This document shows, one piece after another, positions 27,946-40,500 of a stretch of 64,000 nt of DNA (positions are counted from its first letter, which is position 1; every line of letters begins with the position of its first letter). This DNA is from Catajapyx aquilonaris. Lineage: Eukaryota. The DNA is taken from NCBI GenBank assembly GCA_000934665.2, contig JYFJ02001033.1, forward strand, positions 1 to 64,000, read 5' to 3'. Both the position numbers and the translations under genes were made by a program. The notes beneath the pieces were generated by a model, which was not told the DNA's origin, did no database searches, and saw nothing but the letters and a program-made list of their open reading frames with translations.

Positions 27946-30900
27946 ATGTGGGTGGAGAGGCTGCTTTTTCTCCTTCTACTCCTGGCTTCGCTGATGCTCA
28001 GGTGAGAGAGACGGACTCCGGAAGCATCCAAATGGGACCCTCATGTCGGAATCTATCGAATGTGACTGCCACAAAAGCAGCCAGTTCTGAACATATTTCT
28101 GCCGGCATTTCAACAACCAACTCCGGAGCCACAAAAAGCCACCAGAAAACAGCCCGTGAAAATTGTCCCTATACATTTTCACGTTTTGAAAATTTTGTAT
28201 CGCAGTTGTAGCCAACTCGAAACACCCGACTGGTCACGCTTGCGTCAACTAGCGGTTTAATTCGACTAACGTCCCTCTTATGCATTCAGCAGAGAGCCTA
28301 CAAGTTGAGCTGCTTTGATTAATGGCCGCATATATCAGGAAAGTAGCAATAGGCTCGTTAGTCACCGCAGTCTATATAATTACCTGCGTAATCCCCGGTT
28401 TATTGCGCAACAGCGATGCATTTTTCTGCATCAAAGTTGCATATGGTTCGAAATGTCCTTGCCCCAATTGCCGAATTAATTACAGCGTGTCTTAATCCTT
28501 GTAAAATAATTAGCAGGGGTAAGACGAAGTCCGGTTTGAGAACTTGTTGGAGACAATGGGATCCTCCCCTAAGGAAATGAACTGTCCTTTCAAAGAAGGG
28601 CGGCGAATAAAAAAGTGATTGAAAGAGCCCTTTAATTAGAGACAATCTGTTTGCCAAGAAGAGAGGTGCTCCTTAATGGCAGCAGCGGGCTGGGATGGAA
28701 TAGGTAAGCAAAGGGAGTCCCCGTAAGTAAGTGATCGATCCGGGTCTAGGACAAGAGTAATCACCAAGTGGAATTAGAGATAAGGAAGAGAGGGGGGGGG
28801 GGACTAACTCTGTGTCTATCTGCCTCTCCCGTTGCGTGGACCGGCCCTGATGGTAGAGGAATGCAACAAGTGAAACTCTCGACTTCTTCTAATGGGCCTG
28901 TGGGTAGGTGGGATTTGGCCGTTTATGAGTCGGATTATACACTTTCCCGACGGACTCGTTGTCATCCGGTTGGAGTGCGTTCAACTTTATAAGTCCACTG
29001 AGAGGCTCGCAATTACTAGGGGTCATCAGCTAGAGCCAGTCTCCAGAGGCAGTTTTCACTGGAATGTCAGATGGGAGATAATTCATCAACTTCACACATG
29101 GCTGCTGCTGGACTTGTAATATTGCTACTCGTTTGTTATTTTTAAGAATCTGACAGTGAGAATGAAAATGGTCGTTATACAACCTGTTCGTATCATAATG
29201 TAAAATTAGTGTGTCCTAATATTTGCAATCGGTTCAAGAAAGAGCTACAATTCTCATCGATTTATTATATTATATTAATTTTTTTTTGGCTCCCCAGCTC
29301 CGTATGCCTGCTACATTCTCAGAAGAACAACCACAAGAATATTTCGGAGCTTCTGGACAGTTTGCTAAGAGGTTACGACAACAGCTTGCGTCCGGACTTC
29401 GGAGGTAAGTGCCTGCATTAGACCTGAGGAAATCTGTTTTGAACTGAAGTTAAGCTCTCAGTCAGAATCTGGCGGTGATAATTGAATCATCTGAACTATA
29501 GGGAACCCTGCACTTCACAGCCTCGACAGCTTTGCAGGAATTTTGCTGACCATCAAAACTTTCCCTAAAGCTACACAAAACTAGTGTATACTGTTGTTCA
29601 TCAGGGTGTTGCGTAATGGTGATAACTCTGGACACCAGAAAATTACTTGACATATTAATTATTTTCACCATTCGGTGAATCAAAAAGAGTGCATCATTTG
29701 TCAAAGGTACCGCCTAATTGCCATTTAATTAAAGCCATATCCAAATATGATACGTAACACCCTGTATCAAGGCAGATATGACGTCATGCCTTCCACTTTT
29801 ATCGGCAGGTCCTCCTACTCTGGTGGAAATTGACATCATGGTCCGCAGCATGGGTCCTATTTCCGAGGTGGACATGGTACGTCCGTGCATTTGTGTATCA
29901 ACATTACCGCCTTCAGTCGGTGTACGGCATTAAACCGTTAATCCTATTCCCCCTCAATTTACGATGCGATATGCAAAGCATAGTACCGTAATTACGTTGC
30001 CTTCGACGCATTCGCAAAATGGTGCTACATAAACAACGATCAAGCTAGTAAAAGAGGCCACTTGAAATCCATCATTCAGGTATTTAAAATGCATTATGAA
30101 TGGTGTGGGGGGGCGAGATACGTATTGATTGATATTGCGGTTTTGTGCTAATGTAAACAGTGGAAAACTCGCTCAGAAATGCTTGGAGGGAGACAAAAAA
30201 AATAGCATGAAGGCTATTTTTGTCCACTTGAAAGAAGGATGCTGACAAATCGGAAGCTGTCCGGATATTGGGGATGGCGGAAGCTTTTTCCATCGGCCGT
30301 CGACGGAGCTTCATTTGCATAAAAAAGAGTCGTTGGGTACAGGGTGGTGTATTGAGGCCAGGTTGTGTCGAGTGGGACTTTACAGGGAAGGTCTCGCGAG
30401 AAACCACTTAGACTCTACAAATGACTGACAGTCTCCGGCTGATCTCGACAATAATGTTGATTACAGGCTGAGCGACCCATATACCAAAAGTGCTTTATTC
30501 CAGAGCTTCTCGATGGATTGTTACTTCAGACAGTCCTGGGTGGACAGACGACTGGTTTTGACTAACTATAAGGATGCTCTGGCTCTTAGCATATCTATGC
30601 TGGCGCGCATATGGAAGCCTGACACGCACCTGTACAACGGTCGTCAGAGCTACCTGCACACTATTACAACGCCGAATAAGTTTGTCAGACTTTATCCTGA
30701 CGGACGTGTCCTTTACTCTTCAAGGTATGTCTAGAGTTGCAGACATAGGCTTACTATCAATTGTCATGATAATTTAAAATATGCCTCTTTGCCACATTTT
30801 TTGTCAGATTGACAATCAAAGCCAGCTGTCCGATGAATCTGGAGGATTTTCCAATGGACATGCAGAGGTGCCCCTTAAAAATGGGAAGCTGTAACTATAC

Positions 30901-32673
30901 CATATTTTCCGCTATGTACGATATACAGTACAGTTTACCTTATAGTAACATTCACTATTTGTAGTTGGTTACACGACTACGGACGTGATCTACATGTGGA
31001 ACAGTGCAAGAAGGGTCAATATTGCATCCGATATGAAAATGTCACAGTTCGATCTCATATCAACACCTTCTGCCAATCAAACCGATGTCTATCCAACCGG
31101 TGAGTCGCCACATATTTTATTTCCTCAAGCCGAAAATTCCTCAGGATCTTCAGACCACAGTCAACTAATTTTGACGGAGTTGGGGGAGAATTACAGGACC
31201 TGTGTGATTGATCCAAGAGATCTACATTGAGGATGAAGCCTTGTCCTTTGTAGGCGAATCTGAAAGGGGGGCGAACCTTTGGAACTCAATTCTCCACGAT
31301 AATCCAATTACTATGGGGGGGGGGTAGTTCTCATAGTCTAACTATACTGAGTGCGTTTCAAGTTAATCAGCTTGGATTGGGGGATTGGACAATATTCGTG
31401 CATGGTGTCTAATAATGTGCTGCTGATTTTTGATTAGGAGACAGGAGCGTGTTGGTGGTGTCATTCCATCTTCGACGTCACACTGGCTACTTTCTTCTTC
31501 AAGTGTACTTCCCATGCGTTTTGCTGAACGTGCTGAGTTGGGTGGCATTTTGGATCAATCGAGAAGCGACGGCGGATAGAGTTGCTTTGGGTGAGTTTTC
31601 CTTAATCCTATCATCTCAAAATTGCAGCCCGCAGCGATATACCGTAACTTGTACACTCGATAATCAGCCCACTAATTATTATAGCTGCGCATCCTGATCG
31701 AACCTACTTAATATATAGGGCAGCAAGTCCAAGATTGAACCGGAAGCTGCGACAATAACTTAGGCTACTAACGAATCAGACAAAGTGAATTTTAGACTGA
31801 ATCATTATGAAACACCCGGTACTTTGCTTTTACGATTGGTTATAATAGTAACATCAACTTTATTTGTAGGAGTGACCACCGTCCTGACCATGACATTTCT
31901 CGGGATGGAAGCCCGGATGGACCTGCCGAAAGTGCCGTACCCGACGGCGCTGGACTTCTTCGTGTTCATGTGCTTCGGGTTCATCTTCGCCTCCATCATT
32001 CAGGTGGGGTGGATGACCCACTGGCACAAGACGAGGGGCAGTCACACCATCACGGACCTGCGCTCCGTACAATTTCAGTTTGCTCTGGTGCACTACTTCA
32101 CCAAGTACGGCTCCGGGGAGGTCTACTTTTATAGCTCCGATGAGGACGACCCTGACCAAGAGGACCAAGAATCCTGTGATTCGGTATTTATATTTTTATG
32201 TGTCATATTGATTGGACAAACTTGTGTTGGCACATAAAAGCTCAATTTCAAAAGTCTATTGTTCAGTACTGTGCCCAATGTTCTATTATCTATCACGCTA
32301 CGTGCCTCTTGTATATAGCTCGGTTCTGTAAGCAATTGAGTCTGAATGCAAAGAGTGAGATGTAATCTTTCGACAGCAGAACGTGGCCTTCGTGATGGAT
32401 GAAGGGAAGGTGTCTCCTCCACTTCCGCCTCCTCCACCCCCGCCCAAGAGATGGCCCCGAAGCCAACCCCTCAACACTCGTAGAGGAAAGTACCTGAAGA
32501 GGGTCACCTGCAGGAATCCTTCTCCGACCTTTGACCATTCCAATTCCAGCGGACACCGTAGATTTAATTCAGTTTCCAAAATAGATCGCCTCTCCAGATT
32601 CCTTTTCCCTCTTGCTTTCCTAGTAATCAACATTTTTTACTGGTTGTCGTACCTGACCAAGGACAAGCTGTGA
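27946..32673 (+). CDS. Grd: GABA-receptor-family Cys-loop ligand-gated ion channel subunit, Grd-like, 10 exons, about 452 aa
   Basis: Exons 27946-28001, 29298-29404, 29809-29876, 30504-30724, 30808-30890, 30965-31099, 31438-31590, 31870-32003, 32079-32183 and 32377-32673 (1359 nt). Signal [62 protein letters not shown]; Cys-loop [16 protein letters not shown]2 [26 protein letters not shown]4 [15 protein letters not shown]. These match the Grd subtype as I recall it. Confidence 0.9.
29602..29764. mobile_element. Small decayed mariner-type MITE in Grd intron 2
   Basis: Terminal inverted repeat CAGGGTGTTGCGTA ... TACGTAACACCCTG|TA. The left TA is not preserved. Confidence 0.5.
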
Positions 32674-34563
32674 GACTCATCCCAGTAGGTGTTGACTTCC
32701 TCAATTCATTTTCAGCGGATTAAATGCCCATTTGACACCAGTTTGGGGTTCGGAATAGAGATTCCTGGAAATTGTTTGTTCTCATGGATGGCCTTTAATT
32801 TTGAGCCGCAGTCCCTAGGGGAATCTGGTTGGAGTTCAAGTCCCAATTAAGATTTGCTGCCGAACAATAGTGAGTGGCATTGCTTTTCGTGGGAATTCCG
32901 ACGCAAATGGAAGCCTCAAGTGTGGCCTAAAGCCATGTCCTCTTTGTGCTCCAAGCAGAGAGACATTCGCTGAATTGCCAGGTCGGAAACTAAGTTTTTT
33001 TTGTTGAAAAGGTAAGCTGTTTTTTTCCGTTTCCAATGGTAAAAATATGTGGGCTCGGATTTGCTCTAAAGTAACATAATTATTGCAGTAGTTTTTGACA
33101 GCGGTTAAATAAATATAGTATTAATTTGTGGTAACAACATCCGAAACAACGAATAAATATAAATCAACCATTTGTTTTGGGTGTATCATGCAAGCCACCC
33201 TCGGAATGGAAGTCTTGGTGCTGGGTAATGACAAAAGGTGTCTTAGCGTGACAAATTCCGGTTTCAATGGGTTCTCTCAAGCATGGAGGAACGCATGAGC
33301 GGCACGCCGAGAGGGCTTGGTGGCCGAGTCGAATGTCAAAGTGGACTTTATGCGGTCAAGGGGCATTCCGAAAGACGCTATCCGTGCCGGACCCGACTTT
33401 GCAAGGTGTATAATTGAAGGAATTGAGCAAGAGCATGGTATCCTAAGAGGAATCACGGTGATGCAGGTAGAAATTACAAAAAAAGCACTCGATGTAAGAG
33501 GGGAGTGATACTCTTCTCACCATTACATGTATAGAAACATTACTAAAGTTGAATTTAATTTACACAACATTATTTACCTTTCTTTTGATTGCTTGCTCCC
33601 TGGTAACTGTATCATATCTGTGACCCTCACAACGCAACTTGTTGGACTTCAGATAAATTTGACATTTATTAAGTTAATTTTGGAAATAGCTACAGCTGCA
33701 GGTGTGGGTATTGGTCAGGTATCCGGAGTATTTACCATAGATTGGGATTCCTGTCGGAAGAACATGCATTTTGAGGCACGTGAATGGCAGTAAGTTTGTT
33801 TTGAAGCCACTGAGCATGTGAAAACTGACTGATAACTAGTTGCATGCGCTAATTTGATTGACAGTACGAAGAAGCAATAATTTGGGAAAAGTTAAGAGTG
33901 GCCCACTCGCAGCTAATTTTTGCGCAAAACTTTAGTTTACACTGGAACTGTGTTAAAAGTATGCTTAGGATGAACAGGCCTATGATCATAAAAGGGATGT
34001 TGTAATATTTTATAATGCAATTAGAAAGTTTTAAAGTGGCCCAAAATACAAATAAAATGGTATTGATTTACAGCAGTTGTTGTCGCAGGTAACCTTAACC
34101 TATATATGCTAATTAGGCAGCGTACCACTAGTTATTTTCTTGAGTGGCATAATAATACTATTGGAGACAACAAGCTTCGTGTCCACAAACTTTATTCTGT
34201 TACTGCCTCATAAGAAGACCCTACTTTTTTGCATAACGTTCAATGAAAAATAATATTTTTACCCTCTTTCATCCTGTTCATCAGGCTGCCTGCTGGACAC
34301 CTGAGTCACATGGGTGGTTCTGATCATTTAGGATAAACGTAATACCGCAATTGATATTGTCGTCTGTTTTTGTGCGCACCCAGTTTATGGGCGGTTATTA
34401 ATCACGCCATTATTTACCTATTTTCAACGCAGATATTTCCATGTATTGAAACAAAACATGTAAAGTCGAAGGCAAGCTGAGTTGATGGCATGTTCTCTTT
34501 CCTGTTGAAGGATAGTGTTCAGGCAGTGTACGTATAGGCCAGCGGTGTATAAGTGTGATTTTA

Positions 34564-37500
34564 TTATCCGCTTGTGGTACCATAACACATCCAGTAGAAG
34601 AAGTTGAGGAGGAAAAAGGAAAGCGGGAAAAGGACGCGCGCTGCCTGGTCAATCTTGGACACGCTGTTCAGGCCAGAGCTCTCCTTCTGGCGCCGGCGCC
34701 TGTACTTGTCGTCTGCTATGAGACAGTGGAAGCACTGCCGCCAACAGGCGTCATGTCGCCGCTCTCCAGTCCGATGCACGTGGTGGCGCTGGCCTCCCAG
34801 GGATGAGGGGGACGCCTGCGTCGCACCCTCAACTCCATACACAAGCCTCTCCTGAAAAGTGCGGGATATTACACCATACATCAACACGCCATAACAATTC
34901 CAAACTTACATATGTATGTAGGGTTGTAGGAAAGAGAAGCAGCACAGTTAGACCCACATTTAATTGAATTTGAGATATTTTGAGCAATATTACTGTCAAA
35001 TTATGTGCGGTTATGAAATAAATAACTGCTTATCTTTTTCAAGACTATGAGTTATACAGGCTCTCATTTCCCACCGGAGCAGGGTCTACGTAATACACTT
35101 ATGTATAATATTAACCAGAAAGATGTGCACGCAAAAATGCGGTGTCGAATGTAGCTGTAATACAACTCTTGGATACCTTACCTGCCCAGACTATACATCA
35201 CATGCTGTTAAAGTGCTTAATATGACCAATGACATAAAATAAACAAATCTAATTACGTTATAAATAGGGCAAATAATAGCGTTTTTTCTTCTGCTTCTAA
35301 TCATTTGTCTCCTCTTGATTTCCTCCCTCGTATCTTCTTCCCAATCGTCTTCGTCCATAAAAATTTCTCCACTTCCAACCTACAAAAAAGAATCCTTATT
35401 ACTCACTTCACTCTGCTCCTAAACATTCCCTATATAAGAAGCACCCCCGTTCAAACAAGAAGCACAAGCGTTTCAACTAAACAGCCTAACCAAATGTGAT
35501 CATTTGAACCTCTGAATGTGAATTTGAATACCAGTTCAATTGACGTGCAGCTAACCTTGGTGAAGTAGTGTACGGCGGCAAATTGCAGAAGGGTAGCGAT
35601 GCAGTATCCGAAGCTCATTAGGAGAAACCAGTCGAGAGCAGTGGCGTAGTGGACTTTGGGAAGGTCAACTCGACTGTCAAGGCTTATGGTGGACAAGGTG
35701 AGCACCGTGGTGATCCCTGAGGGGGTGAATACATATCACGCGTCGTCAATTAACGATAGATCTCCAATCAATGTAAATGATCTCTCCAAGGCCTCGTTAG
35801 GACGCTCCCTACTCGTTAACCATGTGATTTAAACACCCAACTGCTAATGGGCATCGGGTTGCTCGTTCACTGCTTTTTTTTAGACCGATACTCGCTTACT
35901 GTTTCAACCCAAACAGTTGTATTTGATGTGGCGGAGAAGAGGACATCCAACTTACTTGCGTGGGTGAGGATGTACAACGCACTCTATTTCTGGCATATAT
36001 AGCCAAGAGTAAGACTTTGACGTACCATGCGGATGTGATCAAAAAGGGCGCATAGTTTCTGCCATATTTTTTTCATTTGTGATATACCGGTAATAGCCTA
36101 TACCGTACATCAATATGCAGAACCAGAGATATCACCAGTTTTATAACGAACTATTTGCACCTACTTATTCAGTCCTCCTCCATCGTCATGCACAATGACT
36201 GTAATGCAAAGAGAGCCATTCATTTTCCCTGTCAATAATCCTAGTGTATTATCAGCTACAAATCCATCATTTCCTCTCTGAATTAACAAGTCCGAAGAGG
36301 CTTTTACTTGCAAACCTAATTGTGTGTACCGGCACATGCCGGCTATCCTCAACCAGTGTAAACGAATCGACGTGTTTCATCATAATGGCACTTCAGCAAT
36401 AGCAAATCCCATTGCTGAAGTGCCCTGTATGATACCCATCGATTCCGTCCGGTTCTGACATGGACACCCATGTTCATACCAGAAGAGCAGAGTAAATAAG
36501 AACATGCATACCCAGCCCAACTCGGTCACTAGTCGCTTCTCGATGGATCCAGAATCCAACCCAGGAGAGGACCACGATGAGGATGCATGGCAAGTAGACT
36601 TGGATCAGGAAGTAGCCCGTGTGTCTCTGCAGGTTAAAGTGGACTTCCAGCACTGAGAAATTCCCTGCGTGATGTCCCCCAAAGTGAGCCAATCAGAAAT
36701 CATGCTGTCGGAAAAGAAAGTTTGGCGAAGGAGTATAACAGCAGGTTCATACCTTCGACGCGACGGATAGAATGGTTGCTGTAGGAGCTGGCCATTAGGT
36801 CAAACTGGGACAGAGTCATTCCTGACACGAAGGACACGCTGTCTGTTCCTTGCCATTGGTATGCCAGGTCTCGAGATGTGTAGGCGTCTGGTAATATACA
36901 AATTTTTTGGTTATTTTCAGGACCATTAACGTAGGCGCTGATGGACCTTTTAAGGGTGCAAGTTATGCCACGGAATTGATTACCGTATGGCAACAAAATT
37001 CGAAAGGGAAAAAGGTCCACATTTAACAGTTTGATGAAGTGCTATTTGTCCAGATAAACAGTTTGTGTTGAATTTGTGACAGCATCGCCAGTAAGTGGAT
37101 CCTTGATCAAACAAATGGCTTGCGCATTCCCATGTACATTAAGCCATTACTCGTCATATTCTTTGAGCTACATTGTATGCAAAATTTTATCTGGACAACT
37201 GATGTTTTAAGTAGGACAGTACCGAGCAAAATTTATGTAGACAATTGCGTTATAAAATGTGTATGAAAAACCTGACTGCAAAATTGAGGACAAGTACTGT
37301 TTATACCGAATACAGGTCGATCCTGACTATAGAATTGCTTGATATGTTTGCAAAAATCTAACTGTCTAATGACTCTAATCTAAATGTAATGTCGAAACTG
37401 TCTAAATATATACCGATTGCATGCAATAATTTTTTTAAAGTGTCCCGTGATGCCTGATGTTACTTACAACTTCCAAAAACTAGAGGGCAAGTCTGACGAT

Positions 37501-40500
37501 CCATTGGGAAGTCCTTCAATGCCATAGGGCACTTGGCTTTTATGGTCAGCCTGTAAAAATAAAGGGTTCATTACTTTCCAAAGGGTGTAAAAGTGCTTGT
37601 ATCAACTAACCTCATAGAATAGACAACTTGTCCGTCATGAGCCAGTCGAAGAAATTTGTTTGGCCTCGTTATAGTGTGTAGATACGAGTTTTTTCCATTA
37701 TGGAAATAGGTGTCAGGGCGCCATATTCGTTCCAACATGGAAATGCTAAGGCTGAGGTCCTTTATAGGACCATCAAAACTTAGACGGGAATCGCGCCAAT
37801 ATTGGCGAAAATAGCAGTCTGTCGAATAATCCTAATGAAAAAAATGACCCGAAATGGATTATTTGAAACGCTGAAGTGGAAACTCATTTCTCTTCCTTTC
37901 TCACCATGTCCAATTCAGATATAGGGCCCATACTTCGGATTAAGATGTTACTGCTCACGACCGTTGGGAAACCTGAAAATGAAATATGCCGTACTTTTAA
38001 AGCTATCCTGAAGCAGGTTTAATATGGAAGTAAATCTAGAGTGGACTATATTTAAGGGAAGCAATGGTTCGAGCTGTTTTAGATGAATCCTCTACTGCTG
38101 CTAGTGGATTAATTAAGCAAGATACCTGTAGGTAAGCTCTTGCAGTGTGCTGGACAATTATTCGATAAACCGGCCACTCCTCCCTCCACCACAAGGTTGA
38201 AGTTCCAATTACTGAACATGCACTAGGTTCAAATACTGTGTATAAAACTGGGTTAAAAGGCAGGAGGAACTTCATTACATTTAACAAGCTAATTAAACGT
38301 ACATTGTATTTTGTTCAAGTAGCGTGCTTTGGCATGTAGTGTTGGTCACTGCTCTTACGTACAGCTAATGATCAGACACACTGATGCGAATATCAGCAGC
38401 ATATATTACCAGCAGTTGGTTCAAAATTAATGCGACTTGTTGCATGGGCCATTTAAACAACATGCAATACCTGCATATGATTATAGCATCATGCTGAATA
38501 CATGGCAAGACATCTGCAAAGTTCCTTTACAATGTAATGGCTTTTCCCCCCCGACAACGCAGGTTCATTACGCACCTTACACCTTTCTCCAGAAAATTCC
38601 TGGAAACCCGACCCTATATTTCTTTTGAAACCCGACCTAAGTCCCTTCCCAACCCACACGAAAGGAATTTGCTGGTGGCCCCGAGTGGATTTGAACAGCA
38701 AAACCCATTTAATGGGGATAAAGGCAAGGGTGCAGGTGAAGTGGACACTCGCTCCTTCAGGCTGAGCGATTTCCAACAAGAGATAGATAGATATTTCCTA
38801 GTGCCATGGTGTAAAGGACGGTGCGCAAATGAGCTCCGCTTTTGCCCTGGATGTCTCAGGAAGTTTGTTCACAAGTCGGGGGGGTAGCTGGGCACTGCTT
38901 CTGGCCGGGGAGGGAAGAGCCTCTTCTTCCTTGATGGAGCCAACTATCCCGGACCCTCTTTTCAGTGATGTACCAGAAGCCAGAGAAATGTCCCTAGGCC
39001 CTTTTTACCCTCTCTCAGTATCTCCCAACCCTCTTTTTTTCATGCCGCGGGACAGTTCAAACTTTATATTTTGGGACAGCTTCCTGTGCTACCGTCCCCC
39101 CTCTTTTTTTGCCTCCAGGGTAGGATGCCCCCAACTGAGTTTCTCTCTTGAAGATTTCCCTTGAGTAACTTACACACAGTACACCCCCGGCCTCATTGAA
39201 ATTCAAGGGAGGCAGAAGGGACGGCGCTGATTACCCCTCTTGGCCTCCTAATTACTTCTGTTAATCACGTCCAGCTCATGAGCAAACATTCTCCAACAGT
39301 TTATCAAGCGCTTGGAAGTTGTAACTTTTACGCTTCGCTGCCCGTATAAGCACACGTGGATAGGTTTCAGAACACTAGTAGGCTGTACACATATGAGAAG
39401 GTCTTTGATCTGTGATTTTCGAGTTCTCGGGTCGTCGGGTGTAATGTAACGAAATGGCAGGAATCACAATTAAGTAAATAATGAAATGCATACTTAAAGT
39501 ACACTACAGCTACACGAGCCATTTATGATTCTACGTCATGGTAATCCATTATGAAACCGACAATAAACAGACTCGGTGCATTTATATAACCAGAGGCTCA
39601 TTTTCATTTGACGTACGCAGCCTCGTTAATATTGAGATAATAATTATTGGCGTCACAGAGCATAGAATATCCTGGAAGGGTTACACCCACGCATTAGACT
39701 CATCTAAAAATAATAATTTTTCTGACAGACTGCCACTGCACATATAACTTCGGCATCGCGCCCCATTTTGAGCATGTCTGTGGTGCGCATTTGATATCGT
39801 TTCACTGAGAGTGGGATGATTAATGCATGGATTCGTGCGTCGAGCACAATTACTTTGCCAAAATCACTTGCATCAGAGAACGCATAGTTTTTAGTCGAGC
39901 TCCATGATGATGGTTAGGTGTGGCTGTACTGTATATTGCAGTTAGTGATAGGAAACACCTAGCAACAGCTGCCTTATAGGACAAAATTCAGAGGTCATCT
40001 GTAGATTCTGCAGCTTCAATTATGTATTCGGATTCGGATTGCGATTTTAAACCCCTGATAGGGTTGTTCAATAAGATATCATTGCGGAGAGCCAATAACA
40101 TTGCATTTTTCAAGTCGGTGCTGAAGCACCGCCACATTTTCAAGTAGGAGTAGGAGAGGAGAGAATCTCGATTTACAGCACACCTCATAATCTTTGCATA
40201 TCCCCAGATACCTTACGTGGCACATTTGAGCGTTAAGTTATTCGTAATTTATGATTTGAATGAAGGGCATTGAGATTCCGAGTTATTTTATTCTTTCTTG
40301 TGTGAAGCCGTGAAGCCAGTAATTATTCTTCTCTCAAATATATCCCATTGAATTTGGGCATTAAAGCAGTGTAATTTTCACTCGAAAGACTTTACAAAGG
40401 CGTTCTTCGGGAACTGGGTTCCTATACAAGGATCTTACGACGATGAATTCAACTCTGACATGAGTGAATTTCTTCTGATCAGTTTTTCCCTTAATAATTG

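Noticed and set aside
29098..29145. Signal-like mini-[18 protein letters not shown] just upstream of Grd exon 2, initially suggesting a broken Grd start
   Set aside because: Exon 27946-28001 gives an intact signal peptide with a strong donor in the required phase 2.
33310..33400. tRNA A-box-like GGTGGCCGAGT
   Set aside because: No B-box or cloverleaf. No tRNA, rRNA or convincing C/D snoRNA was found in the window.
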